Position numbers and translations under genes: made by a program. A stretch of 64,000 nt of DNA. Origin: Thermoplasmatota archaeon. Lineage in GTDB: Archaea; Thermoplasmatota; Penumbrarchaeia; Penumbrarchaeales; EX4484-36. This document shows positions 55,031 through 64,000 of this stretch, in pieces (the first letter of the stretch is position 1; the number at the start of each line of letters is the position of its first letter). The stretch is taken from assembly GCA_029932465.1 (NCBI GenBank), contig JAOZQA010000002.1, forward strand, positions 18,992 through 82,991. The letters are read 5' to 3'. The notes under the pieces are model-generated. The model saw nothing but the letters and a program-made list of their open reading frames with translations. It made no database searches and had not been told where the DNA came from.

Positions 55031-55750
55031 TTAATCGTCTGAGGGAGACCCCACACCCTCCCCCTTCCCCTCCTCTGCATTATCCTTCATCTCCTCAAGC
55101 TCAGGGTCTCCCTCCTTAACGACACTTAGGAACTCCGGGGGAACGAAGTCTGTGGTGTAGACCGTGCTTGCAGCGTGATAGATGACCACACCCTTTTCGC
55201 TGGCCTCCTTTGCGGCCACCCTTATGATTATAGGGTTCTCTATCTTCACAGACCCCGCCTCGTAGGCGTTCTGATACGTTTTGCTCAGGTGGACCATCGC
55301 CCTGTCCGTGGGCTTAATACCCCTCTCCAGCAGAAGCTCTGCCTCTTCCTCTGATGTTGGAAAATAAAGGTAATCCGGCACGTCCCCAGTAGGAAGCTCG
55401 AGGTCTTCTATTTTTATCGTGTGTCCGTAGGTCGCCCTGATAGCATTCCCCTCTATCTGATATCTCCCCTTCGGATCCGTTTCGGCAAGAGCTATCACAT
55501 GATTGGGTCTGAGCCATCTGAACCTTCTAGACCTGCTTCTCCTTATGGCCTGCACCAACTGGGATATGTCCACAAAACCCTGCTCATCCATCTTAAGCCC
55601 AAACCTCTCGGGGAAGTGTCTTAAAATGCCCATCATTATCCTGCCCAAGGAGTCCATCTCCTGCTGGGACATGAGAAACTTCCCATCAGAGCCGCATATG
55701 GGACAGCTCTCTCCCCTGAAATAGCCGTGTTCCTCGCACATTCTGAGCAC
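55031..55750 (-). CDS. kptA: RNA 2'-phosphotransferase KptA/Tpt1 with N-terminal C4 zinc ribbon
   Basis: 'ILRHFPERFGLKMDEQGFVDISQL', 'IRATYGHT', 'RAMVHLS' Tpt1 motifs; N-terminal 'CEEHGYFRGESCPICG'. Confidence 0.7.
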   Translation of the reverse strand: MLRMCEEHGYFRGESCPICGSDGKFLMSQQEMDSLGRIMMGILRHFPERFGLKMDEQGFVDISQLVQAIRRSRSRRFRWLRPNHVIALAETDPKGRYQIEGNAIRATYGHTIKIEDLELPTGDVPDYLYFPTSEEEAELLLERGIKPTDRAMVHLSKTYQNAYEAGSVKIENPIIIRVAAKEASEKGVVIYHAASTVYTTDFVPPEFLSVVKEGDPELEEMKDNAEEGKGEGVGSPSDD

Positions 55751-55778
55751 GCAACCACCTCCATCTATCTTAGCACCC

Positions 55779-56801
55779 TCAGCTCTCCTTTATCTTCCTC
55801 AACCTCTCCGTGAGCGCTGGGAGAACCTCTCTTAAGTCCCCAACAATGCCGTAGTGGGCTATAGAGAATATGGGTGCGTCCGGGTCCCTGTTTATGGCCA
55901 CTATCACCTTAGAGTTCTCCATACCTGCCCTGTGCTGAATGGATCCTGAAATTCCGCAAGCTATATAGAGCTTGGGGGAGACGCTCTTTCCCGTCTGGCC
56001 TACCTGTCTGTCCTGGGGTATCCAGCCCTTCTCCACAGCCACCCTGGAGCCCGCAACAACTCCTCCTAAGACCTCTGCTAGCTCCTCAAGTAGTTTGAAG
56101 TTCTCCTTCTTACCTACACCCCTCCCCCCACTCACGATCACATCGGCTTCCTCTAGGCTGGCACCAGTATCCACCTCGTGAACCACGGACAGAACGCGCT
56201 GGAATATATCCTCGGGAGAGAGAGGTACTTCAAGTCTCTCCACCACACCACTCCTATCAGGAAATCTCTCGCCCACCGGCATCACACCGGGCCGCACGGA
56301 GGCCATCTGTGGCCTGTGATTGGGTGTGTATATTGTAGCCATAACGTTTCCCCCGAAGGCGGGGCGGGTCTGCAGCAGTAGGCGGCTTTCGGGGTCTATA
56401 GAAAGCTCAGTACAATCAGCGGTAATCCCCGTCTGAAGCCTCTGGGCTACACGGGGGGCTAGATCTCTCCCAAAGAGGGTGGCCCCGTAGAGAACTACCG
56501 CAGGGAGGTACCTTCTCACCGCCTCACAGACGGCCCTCGCGTAGACTCCGGTAGTGTAGTGTCTGTACTCTTCCCCCTCCACCAGAATGACCCTGTCCGC
56601 ACCGTACTCAATAAGCTCCTTAGAGAACCTCTCAAGATCCTGCCCAAGAAGGAGCACCATAAGCTCCTCGCCGAGCTGGTCCGCAAGCTCTCTCCCCTTG
56701 CACGTAAGTTGTAGGGTCACCTTCTGAAGCTTTCCCTCTCTGATCTCTCCAACAACCATAACTCCATGGTATTTCTCAAGCGGAGGCTCATTCTCTTTCA
56801 T
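55779..56801 (-). CDS. etfA: Electron transfer flavoprotein alpha subunit
   Basis: 'YIACGISGSIQHRAGMENSKVIVAINRDPDAPIF' canonical EtfA FAD-binding region. Confidence 0.85.
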   Translation of the reverse strand: MKENEPPLEKYHGVMVVGEIREGKLQKVTLQLTCKGRELADQLGEELMVLLLGQDLERFSKELIEYGADRVILVEGEEYRHYTTGVYARAVCEAVRRYLPAVVLYGATLFGRDLAPRVAQRLQTGITADCTELSIDPESRLLLQTRPAFGGNVMATIYTPNHRPQMASVRPGVMPVGERFPDRSGVVERLEVPLSPEDIFQRVLSVVHEVDTGASLEEADVIVSGGRGVGKKENFKLLEELAEVLGGVVAGSRVAVEKGWIPQDRQVGQTGKSVSPKLYIACGISGSIQHRAGMENSKVIVAINRDPDAPIFSIAHYGIVGDLREVLPALTERLRKIKES

Positions 56802-56804
56802 TTC

Positions 56805-57599
56805 TCACACCAGATTCAGTTTTTTGAACACATCTATGAGGGCATCAAGCTGTTCATCCGTGCTACCCTGAAGTATCTTCCCCCGGGGTCTGACCTCAGG
56901 GGCGAAGATCTTCCTGACCCTTGTGGGAGAGCCCCCTAATCCGATCCTTCCCTCCTCCACACCTATATCATCAGCGGTTAGAACAGGGTAATCCTCTTCA
57001 ACCGCCTTCAGTATCCTCATCACAGTGGGGTAGCGGGGGCTGTTTATTTTCTTTGTGACAGTGAAGAGGGCGGGAAGTGTCACCTCAACCTCCATGTGCC
57101 CCCCCTCCATCTCCCTCAGGGCTACAGCCCGACGCCCCTCAACAGTGAGTGCGCTCACATAAGCTACATGGGGGATGGAAAGATACTCCCCCAGCTGAGG
57201 GCCTACGTGACCGGTGTCCCCATCAATTGCCTGCTGGCCACACAGTATTATATCAAAGTCAGGAACAACCTTCTCCACCGCCCTCCCCAGGCTGTAGGCC
57301 GTGGCCAGTGTGTCGGCTCCCGCGAACTTCCTATCAGAGAGGAGGTAGCAGCGGTCTGCCCCCAAGGCTCTGCACTCCTGAAGAGCTCGTATGGCCTGCG
57401 GAGGGCCCATACTTATCACTGTAACCTCCCCCCCAAAGCGTTCCCGGAGCCTTAGGGCCTCCTCCAGGGCGTGTTTGTCGTAGGGGTTCACAATGCTCGG
57501 CACACCCTCCCTGATGAGGGTTCCCGTCTTAGGGTCCATTCTTACCTCGGTGGTGTCGGGCACCTGTTTTACCAGGGTTACAATCTTCATCTGAGGCAC
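56805..57599 (-). CDS. etfB: Electron transfer flavoprotein beta subunit
   Basis: 'MKIVTLVKQVPDT...NPYDKHALEEAL' canonical EtfB N-terminus. Confidence 0.85.
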   Translation of the reverse strand: MPQMKIVTLVKQVPDTTEVRMDPKTGTLIREGVPSIVNPYDKHALEEALRLRERFGGEVTVISMGPPQAIRALQECRALGADRCYLLSDRKFAGADTLATAYSLGRAVEKVVPDFDIILCGQQAIDGDTGHVGPQLGEYLSIPHVAYVSALTVEGRRAVALREMEGGHMEVEVTLPALFTVTKKINSPRYPTVMRILKAVEEDYPVLTADDIGVEEGRIGLGGSPTRVRKIFAPEVRPRGKILQGSTDEQLDALIDVFKKLNLV

Positions 57600-57604
57600 C
57601 TCTC

Positions 57605-58747
57605 TTATTTGAGATAGGATGAGGAAATTACCATTTTCTGTGCTTCGGTCGTGCCCTCGTATATCTCTGTAACCTTCGCATCCCTGTAGAGGCGTTCAAC
57701 CTTGTAATCCTTGGTGTATCCGTAACCGCCGTGAATCTGTAGGGCGAAGTTGGTAACCTCCCTTGCCACCTCCGACGCGTAATACTTGGCCATGGCGGCC
57801 TCTGTGGAGTACCTCTTCTGCGTATCCCTCGCCAGAGCAGCTCTATAGACCAGAAGTCTCGCCGCCTCCACCTTTGTGGCCATCTCGGCAATCATCCACT
57901 GAATGGCCTGGAACTTCGCAATAGGTCTGCCGAACTGCTCCCTCTCCTTAGAGTACTTCACCGCTTCCTCCAGCGCGGCCTGGGCGATGCCGACCGCCTG
58001 GGCGCCTATTCCTATCCTGCCGCTGTCCAGGGTTGAAAGGGCTATTTTGAAACCCTCCCCCTCTGACCCCAGAAGGTGTTCGGAGGGCACCTCCACGTCC
58101 TTAAAAAAGACCTCTGCCTGTCCAGAGCACCTGATTCCCATCTTGTCCAGGGGCTCCCCCACCCTAACACCCCTCCACTTGCTGTCAACAAGAAAGGCGC
58201 TTATCCCCTTATGTCCCGCCTCCGGGTCGGTCTTGGCGAAAACCACGAAGGCCCTGGCGTAGGGGGCACTGGTTATGAATATCTTGCTACCCTCAAGAAC
58301 GTAAATATCTCCCTCCTTCCTAGCCGTTGTAGTGATGGCTGAGGCGTCGGTACCGGCACCCCTCTCGGTCAAGGCAAAACCGCCGATGTACTCACCCCGT
58401 GCCAGACGGGTGAGATACTCTCTCTTCACCTCCTCGGAGGCAAAGCTCAGTATAGGGAGGTTAACAAGGGTGTTCTGGACGGAGAGGATGAGACCATGGG
58501 AGGCATCGGCCTTTGAGACCTCCTCAACCGATAGTACAAAAGAGAGCGTGTCAGCTCCAGCCCCCCCATACTCAGGAGGTACAAGCATCCCCAGAAGCCC
58601 CATCTCACCCATCTTCCGAACGTTACTTAAGGGGTATTCCATGCTCTTGTCGAGTTCGTCCGCCACGGGTTCGATCTCTCTCTCAGCGAACTCTTTCACG
58701 CTTTTTACGAGCAGTTCCTGCGCCTCGGTCAATCTGAAGTCCATCAC
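57605..58747 (-). CDS. Acyl-CoA dehydrogenase
   Basis: 380 aa; ACAD N/M/C domain layout; 'QIHGGYGYTKDYKVERLYRDAKVTEIYEGT' C-terminal signature. Confidence 0.85.
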   Translation of the reverse strand: MMDFRLTEAQELLVKSVKEFAEREIEPVADELDKSMEYPLSNVRKMGEMGLLGMLVPPEYGGAGADTLSFVLSVEEVSKADASHGLILSVQNTLVNLPILSFASEEVKREYLTRLARGEYIGGFALTERGAGTDASAITTTARKEGDIYVLEGSKIFITSAPYARAFVVFAKTDPEAGHKGISAFLVDSKWRGVRVGEPLDKMGIRCSGQAEVFFKDVEVPSEHLLGSEGEGFKIALSTLDSGRIGIGAQAVGIAQAALEEAVKYSKEREQFGRPIAKFQAIQWMIAEMATKVEAARLLVYRAALARDTQKRYSTEAAMAKYYASEVAREVTNFALQIHGGYGYTKDYKVERLYRDAKVTEIYEGTTEAQKMVISSSYLK

Positions 58748-58941
58748 GGAAACCTCCTTTCTCTCTCTTCGGACTCCTTCTCTCTAAAACGCGCCATAAG
58801 GCGGGAATAGACATATTCAAGTACCGGGGCTGAAACGCTCCTGTGCCTCTCCGCCTCCTTCGCTATCCTCTCCTGCTCCCTCTCCAGCTTCTCGAGGATT
58901 TCCTTTATCTTAAGCCCCATGGTCATGAGAAGACCTCGCAC
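58744..58941 (-). CDS. Small charged hypothetical protein
   Basis: 65 aa, helical, E/R/K-rich; 4-nt overlap with the acd start; weak. Confidence 0.3.
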   Translation of the reverse strand: MRGLLMTMGLKIKEILEKLEREQERIAKEAERHRSVSAPVLEYVYSRLMARFREKESEERERRFP

Positions 58942-58994
58942 CTGAAATGCTTCAAAGCCTGTTCAGTGTAGAGAGAAGAGATTATATATACTTT

Positions 58995-61900
58995 TCACCC
59001 ACCCTCCTCCTCTTCCTCATCCAGCTCGAAGATGAACTCCTCGCCCTTGGGGGTCCTGTAGAGCCCCTCCCCCACCTCCTCAGCGATATTAAGCTCCTCC
59101 CTGTGCTTTCTTAAGAGGATTACCGCACCGATTACAGCTCCTACCCCTATGGCGACCATTATTATAAGCCACACCAGCGCAGGTATTCCGGCTACCTCCC
59201 AATGGAGCCAGTCCCCCTGCTGGGGTGCCGCGACCCTGAACTCCCTCCGATAGGTTTCCCGCATCCCGATGCCCATATCGTCCTTCAGCACCCCGTCCAC
59301 CACCAAGGTGTACTTCTCCCCTGCCTTAAGCGGCTTTTCCGGGGTTAAAGTAAGGATATGAGGTTCCGCCACCTCCACCGTACATCTCACCGCCCTCCCT
59401 TTATGGTCAAGGAGCCTTACGTGCTCTTTAAGGAAGGCTGTGCTGATTGATGATGAGTTAAGAGCCCTGTTGAAATATATCTCAAAGACTTCCTTCCCAG
59501 TTATATTTTCATCCAGATCAAGGGGTGTCACCCGGGTAACGTGCAGATATGATAGTGTTGTGAAGGTCAGTGTGTAATTCCTCTTCATAGGGAAGCCTGC
59601 CCAGTCTTTTATATCCCCGGGGACCACTACAGTGTAGGTGCTCTCAAGGGAGAGGTTCTCTGTCGGCATGAGGGAGATTGCGTCGGGGGATGGGTGCTGT
59701 CTTGTGACGTTTACCACACCCCCCCGAATGTCAAGCATGAGGACCCTCTCCTCCTGGCCCTCCCAGGGCATATCCTCGCTGAAGAAGAGGGTTATGGTGG
59801 GCCTTAAAGGAAGTTCTTCTAAGGTCTGGGGGAGGTAGCTTAGTACCTCCGGGGGCCTGTTGTCTGCGGCTACCAGCACCTGGAAGACCTCCACGTCATA
59901 GTTCCCCCATGCATCTTTTACGGTCATCGTGACCTGGATGGCCCCAAAGGACTTGAAGTGGTATACTACCTGGAAGCCGTAGAGGGTAACCTCCTCCCCC
60001 CCGTCCTCAAAGCTCCATGTAACATTACCCGTTTGGTAGAATGTCGGGTCATTATCCGTGGAGGCTGTGGCGTCGAAGAGGAAGGGGTGGTTGGTCAGGG
60101 AGGTATCCTTCGACGGCGGGCGAGCCACTGGGGGGGTGACGTCCTTGACCGTTATGTTGAAGTGGAGGACGCTGTAGTGGCCCGAGCTATCAGTGACCTT
60201 CAGGGTGGCAGGGTACACCCCGGGGGTGTAGTAGATGTAGGAGATTTCAACACCGAAGAATGTGACCTCCCCTCCATCGCTCAGGGTCCAGGTGAAATTT
60301 CCCGTGGTGAGTATGGTGGGGTCGTCGTCGATGGTGTCCTCGGCGGAGAGGGAGAATATCTTATCCTCGATAACGAGGAGCTCACCTGTGATCCTGGGGG
60401 CGGGTGGGGAGGAGTCCATAACGGTAACCTCCCTGCGAAGGGAGGCCCAGTTCCCGGCAGCGTCCCTCACAAGAAGAGTTACGGAGCGTTCGCCGGTGTA
60501 GCGGAAGGCGTAATGGGCCCTGGCGCCATAGAGGGTCACTGGCTCTTCATCATCTATTATCCAGGTGTAGTTCTCCACCCTGGCGTACTCCTCTGACGGG
60601 GAGGAGTCCCCGCTCTGAGAGGCATCTAGAGTGAGGAGCACTCCGCTGCTCACCACCTCTGGGAGGGTGAAGAGAGGCTGAGGAGGCGTGAGGTCAACCA
60701 CCACTCTGTGGGGGGAGGGCTCCTCTGCCGGTCCGTTCCACACTCTGTCGTAAGAGCTGAACCTTATGCTATAGACACCCTCTCCGGGGAGGTCCATCTC
60801 GATTATGAATATCCCGAGCTCTCCTACCTGGGTGGTGTTGAGCCGCTCACCGCCCTCTAGATGGGCCTCCACGTAACCTAAGGGCTCAGCCCATCCCTGC
60901 GCTATAAGGTGGGTAGTGTTTACGATAAGCGGGAGGTCGTCCAGAGTAGGAGGCCCTGGGGGGGTGTTGTCCACTGTCAAGCCCACGAGCTTAAGCCCTC
61001 TGCTATTGTTGTAGAAGTCCCACGCCTGGATGAGTAGGGTTATGTTATCCCCCTCCCCCGGTCCACCTGCCTCCTCCCTTGTGTCCCAGATGTAGGGAAG
61101 CTCCCCGGGGGTCAGGTTCCCTATCTCGTGCCAGCTCTCGTTTTCGTCGGGCAGGCCGTCTCTGTCTCCATCCCTGGTATACTTCAGGTTTATGAGGGCC
61201 GTATCGGCCGAGAGGGAAAGGTTGATGGGGGTCAGTGAACCTATCGTATAGCCCTCCCGGGGGTAGATAGGCTCAATGATGGGGCCCGTTAAGTCCCGGG
61301 GCACTCCGGAGACAATCCTTGAGAAGCCCGACCACCCACGGAAGGTGTCGAAAAGGGCAAGGGCGTAGTAGTACGTTCTGCCGTTCTCAAGCCCGGTGTC
61401 CTTGTAGTACCTGGCATGCTTTGATATATTGGCCACGGGGCTGTATGGTCCATAGAGCTCCTCAGAGCGATAGAGTACAAAGTACTCTATGTACTCGCTG
61501 TCAGCATCCCAGGTCAAGTTCAGGGCTTCACCCCTGGTATCAACTTCAACCCGGAGATTATAAGGGGCCCGGGGAGCGCTCTGATTGATTACTATGGGGT
61601 AGGGGGCAGTAGCGTTCACAGAAAGCAAGTATCTATTGAGAGTACCCTCTAAAATGTAGGTGCCATTCATAACAGACGTTATCTGCAGCTCATTGGAATA
61701 TACCCCATCCAGAGGAAGACCATCCCCGTGGGCACCATCGTCAAAGAGTGTTACGTTGAAGATCTGCATACCTCGAAAGACCCTTGCGGTGGCAGAGGTG
61801 CCTCGGGACCCCCTCAAGGTGATCTTAACCCTATCACCTGCGGTCAGAACGGAAAAGGGGGCGTCATGCTCGATGGAAACAATCTCAGGGGGATCGAGGG

Positions 61901-64000
61901 CAAGAGCAGTCCCTCTTCTTACACCGGGCGGGAAGCTGTCGGTGTAAGTGGCCGTGACCACATCGCCGTCGGCAGCCATAACTTCATTGAGGGCCCTGTT
62001 GGGGGTGCGATTCACCACCACGAAGACTCCCTCAAAGTGGCCAGAACCGGAAGGGGTCTCAGTAAGGGTGAGCATAAGTCCGGTTTCATCGCTTGTGCTT
62101 GTAACTGTAACAGTGGCGCTTCCCGCCCCCGTGAGGTTGCTGTCATCAAGGTTCACGGTAGCCACCCCCCCTTCCGTTGAGATGAAACGTGGGTTTATAA
62201 TAACCACACCGATGGGCGTGGAGATCGCTCCGGAAATGGCAAGAGCGAAGGGCTGGGTGCTCTGAGGGACGTTGTACCCCTTCACAGTCACAACATAGGT
62301 TCCCGTGGCCGGCCTGTTTATTATTACCCCCTCTACATTGTTCCTCCGGTCCCGGGTATCGTTATAGGGGGAAGTGAAGTCGTTCCCGTAGTAAACTTCT
62401 CCCCCGGGCCCCCTCACCTCAAGGTCAAGGTCGTTCACTAGTTTTACAGAGGATGAGAGGGATGCGGGGTAGTCGGTCCAGGCGACGACTATCTTAAGCG
62501 GGGCGGAACTGGAATGAACATAAATCTCTTTCACGTAGGTCTCCCCCGTGTCCAGTCCGTCCTTAACATCCCTGTAAAGAACGGTCTTGGGCGGGGCTGG
62601 GCTTATTGATTCTGTGATGTTCACCCTCCCCCATCCCTCGCTGTTGTTGGGTATGGTGGCCGATGCCCCCGATCCTGTCATCTCCCTCCCTCCTACGAGC
62701 ATGAGGGCTTTGATAAGCGCCGCAGAGGGGTTCTGAACTCCAGACTCCCTCAGATATTCCCGGATGAGGGTCCCTACCCCAGCCGCAAGTGGGGTCGCCA
62801 TGGAGGTCCCTTGGGTAGTGAAGTAGTAGCCGTTGCCGCCAACGAGGGAGGATTTGCAGGATGTTATATACGTCCCAGGGGCCACCACATCGGGCTTTAG
62901 CCTTCCATCCTGGGTGGGGCCCCTGGCGGAGAAGGACGCTAGGTTGTTAGCATTCCTGACGCTGTAGCCGCCGCAGGCACCCACTGCCACGATGTTCTTG
63001 GCGGTGGCAGGGGAGCCCACTGTGGAGGCCGACGGTCCCGTGTTGCCAGCAGCTACGAAGACAGTCATGTTCGTGTACCTCCAGGTGAAGAGGTCAACGT
63101 AGCGGGACTGACCGTTGTAATAGCCGTTGTCATCGCTGCCCCAGCTGTCGGAGTGTATCCTGGCCCCGTTCTGATACGCCTGATTAAGAACATTATAGAA
63201 GTTTGTAACATAGACGTATGGAGAGCCGTAGTCGTCCCCGGCGGCCTGCATTATTATAGTGGCGTTGGGGGCCATGCCCGCATACCTACCGCTGGACCTT
63301 GCGCCGTTCCCCGCCAAAGAACCGGACACGTGGGTGCCATGGCCGTTTCTGTCATCGGGACTTGAGCCGTAGAGGTTGAAGAAGATGACCCTATTGTCGA
63401 AGTCTAAATGAATGTCTCCATTTACCGAATGGTTGTCAACCCCCGTGTCAAGTCCCGAGTCGCAGACTGCTACGATCTCCCCCTCCCCCTTAAGGCCCAT
63501 CTGGGACCTCGCCCCTGAGACGTTCATTATCACTGCGGCCACGTCGTTTCTCACCTTCAGCAGTGGTGCAGGCTCTATCCACTCCACCCCGTCTAGCACC
63601 GCTACTCCCTCTATTCTGTTTAATGGAATCACTGCCCTTATTTGGATGGGATATACCTCCAGCACCTCCCCCACCCCCTCAAGCCCCCGAGCTACCTCTT
63701 CCGCTCTTCCGGGGAACGTGTAGATATCGGCGAGGACCGCATCGGGGAAGGGGGGAGGAGCGCCTCCGGTGTAGAGGGAGAGGAGAATTTGGTTGTCTTC
63801 GGAGAGCTCCCGGAAGATGGAGAGATTGTACCGGAGGGAGGGAAGGTAGGGGCCCACCCACCTCACTCCCTCCACCCCTTCGAGCACCCCCACATCCCCC
63901 GGGGAGATCTCAACTATGAAAGAGTAGTCGGGCAGGTAGTAGTGAATCTCTGCACCAACCCCTTCCAGAGCCTCTTTGTCCCTTTGAGTTGGGGGGTGAT
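58995..64000 (-). CDS. Pyrolysin-like S8 subtilase, giant multidomain, C-terminally membrane-anchored (5' end beyond window)
   Basis: At least 1668 aa; Asp 'VAVCDSGLDTG', His 'HGTHVSGSLAG', Ser 'GTSMATPLAAG' with a long His-Ser insert; multiple Ig/FN3/PKD-like domains; C-terminal TM 'IPALVWLIIMVAIGVGAVIGAVILL' plus acidic tail; reading frame stays open upstream of 63893 to the window edge. Confidence 0.8.
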   Translation of the reverse strand, partial: HPPTQRDKEALEGVGAEIHYYLPDYSFIVEISPGDVGVLEGVEGVRWVGPYLPSLRYNLSIFRELSEDNQILLSLYTGGAPPPFPDAVLADIYTFPGRAEEVARGLEGVGEVLEVYPIQIRAVIPLNRIEGVAVLDGVEWIEPAPLLKVRNDVAAVIMNVSGARSQMGLKGEGEIVAVCDSGLDTGVDNHSVNGDIHLDFDNRVIFFNLYGSSPDDRNGHGTHVSGSLAGNGARSSGRYAGMAPNATIIMQAAGDDYGSPYVYVTNFYNVLNQAYQNGARIHSDSWGSDDNGYYNGQSRYVDLFTWRYTNMTVFVAAGNTGPSASTVGSPATAKNIVAVGACGGYSVRNANNLASFSARGPTQDGRLKPDVVAPGTYITSCKSSLVGGNGYYFTTQGTSMATPLAAGVGTLIREYLRESGVQNPSAALIKALMLVGGREMTGSGASATIPNNSEGWGRVNITESISPAPPKTVLYRDVKDGLDTGETYVKEIYVHSSSAPLKIVVAWTDYPASLSSSVKLVNDLDLEVRGPGGEVYYGNDFTSPYNDTRDRRNNVEGVIINRPATGTYVVTVKGYNVPQSTQPFALAISGAISTPIGVVIINPRFISTEGGVATVNLDDSNLTGAGSATVTVTSTSDETGLMLTLTETPSGSGHFEGVFVVVNRTPNRALNEVMAADGDVVTATYTDSFPPGVRRGTALALDPPEIVSIEHDAPFSVLTAGDRVKITLRGSRGTSATARVFRGMQIFNVTLFDDGAHGDGLPLDGVYSNELQITSVMNGTYILEGTLNRYLLSVNATAPYPIVINQSAPRAPYNLRVEVDTRGEALNLTWDADSEYIEYFVLYRSEELYGPYSPVANISKHARYYKDTGLENGRTYYYALALFDTFRGWSGFSRIVSGVPRDLTGPIIEPIYPREGYTIGSLTPINLSLSADTALINLKYTRDGDRDGLPDENESWHEIGNLTPGELPYIWDTREEAGGPGEGDNITLLIQAWDFYNNSRGLKLVGLTVDNTPPGPPTLDDLPLIVNTTHLIAQGWAEPLGYVEAHLEGGERLNTTQVGELGIFIIEMDLPGEGVYSIRFSSYDRVWNGPAEEPSPHRVVVDLTPPQPLFTLPEVVSSGVLLTLDASQSGDSSPSEEYARVENYTWIIDDEEPVTLYGARAHYAFRYTGERSVTLLVRDAAGNWASLRREVTVMDSSPPAPRITGELLVIEDKIFSLSAEDTIDDDPTILTTGNFTWTLSDGGEVTFFGVEISYIYYTPGVYPATLKVTDSSGHYSVLHFNITVKDVTPPVARPPSKDTSLTNHPFLFDATASTDNDPTFYQTGNVTWSFEDGGEEVTLYGFQVVYHFKSFGAIQVTMTVKDAWGNYDVEVFQVLVAADNRPPEVLSYLPQTLEELPLRPTITLFFSEDMPWEGQEERVLMLDIRGGVVNVTRQHPSPDAISLMPTENLSLESTYTVVVPGDIKDWAGFPMKRNYTLTFTTLSYLHVTRVTPLDLDENITGKEVFEIYFNRALNSSSISTAFLKEHVRLLDHKGRAVRCTVEVAEPHILTLTPEKPLKAGEKYTLVVDGVLKDDMGIGMRETYRREFRVAAPQQGDWLHWEVAGIPALVWLIIMVAIGVGAVIGAVILLRKHREELNIAEEVGEGLYRTPKGEEFIFELDEEEEEGG

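Noticed and set aside
1-64000. CRISPR arrays or cas genes
   Set aside because: No regularly spaced direct repeats were seen in any intergenic region and no Cas-like proteins in the ORF set.
63894-64000. Intergenic region upstream of the S8 protease
   Set aside because: The minus-strand reading frame stays open (no stop) from 63893 to the window edge and encodes plausible propeptide sequence. The gene continues beyond the window, and the 'M' at 63893 in the ORF track is a GTG.

Overview
A GC-rich, gene-dense (~60 CDS) chromosomal segment that reads as archaeal, probably from a hyperthermophile. Protein composition is E/R/G/V-rich. Signals include TATA/BRE-like promoters, leaderless starts, a class I LysRS, TmcA, an intron-containing tRNA and a Thermococcales-type hydBGDA sulfhydrogenase. 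Read through, the window contains: (i) a minus-strand ECF-type ABC transporter operon (S, fused A-A, T) co-transcribed with two DUF4430-like proteins, one of them a large beta-propeller surface protein, suggesting a possible corrinoid capture/uptake system; (ii) TrkA/TrkH; RNase Z; DhnA-type aldolase; Zn-ADH; an SSF symporter; (iii) the four-gene cytoplasmic NiFe sulfhydrogenase hydBGDA with translationally coupled overlaps; (iv) a radical SAM protein, TrmI, QueF-like, a CBS protein; (v) an uncharacterised minus-strand operon: 59-aa membrane protein, PqqD-like (RRE) protein, 1115-aa exported protein with a putative Cys-His-Asp papain-like core, YbjQ-HhH fusion, A24 prepilin-peptidase-like membrane protease; (vi) GfcR-like regulator, class I LysRS, DUF167, TmcA; (vii) an ATL-like MGMT-fold protein lacking the catalytic Cys, a radical SAM protein, a thioesterase, a metallophosphoesterase; (viii) CopA P-type ATPase with an overlapping TRASH/YHS minigene; (ix) two giant C-terminally anchored surface proteins (beta-helix/FN3, and a pyrolysin-like S8 protease truncated by the window edge); (x) an oxidative-stress island (rubrerythrin-like, cupin, HNH, peroxiredoxin, FprA, rubredoxin); (xi) a PDH1/sarcosine-oxidase-like four-subunit flavoenzyme cluster; (xii) a lower-GC block (DUF763, pilin-like, K/R-rich Zn-finger protein) abutting a ~600-bp AT-rich non-coding island and an intron-containing tRNA-Ser(GGA), followed by KptA, EtfAB and an acyl-CoA dehydrogenase. 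No CRISPR array, cas genes, integrase or transposase were recognised. Several genes under 60 aa (rubredoxin, TRASH, two small proteins) are missing from the ORF track and were found by hand.
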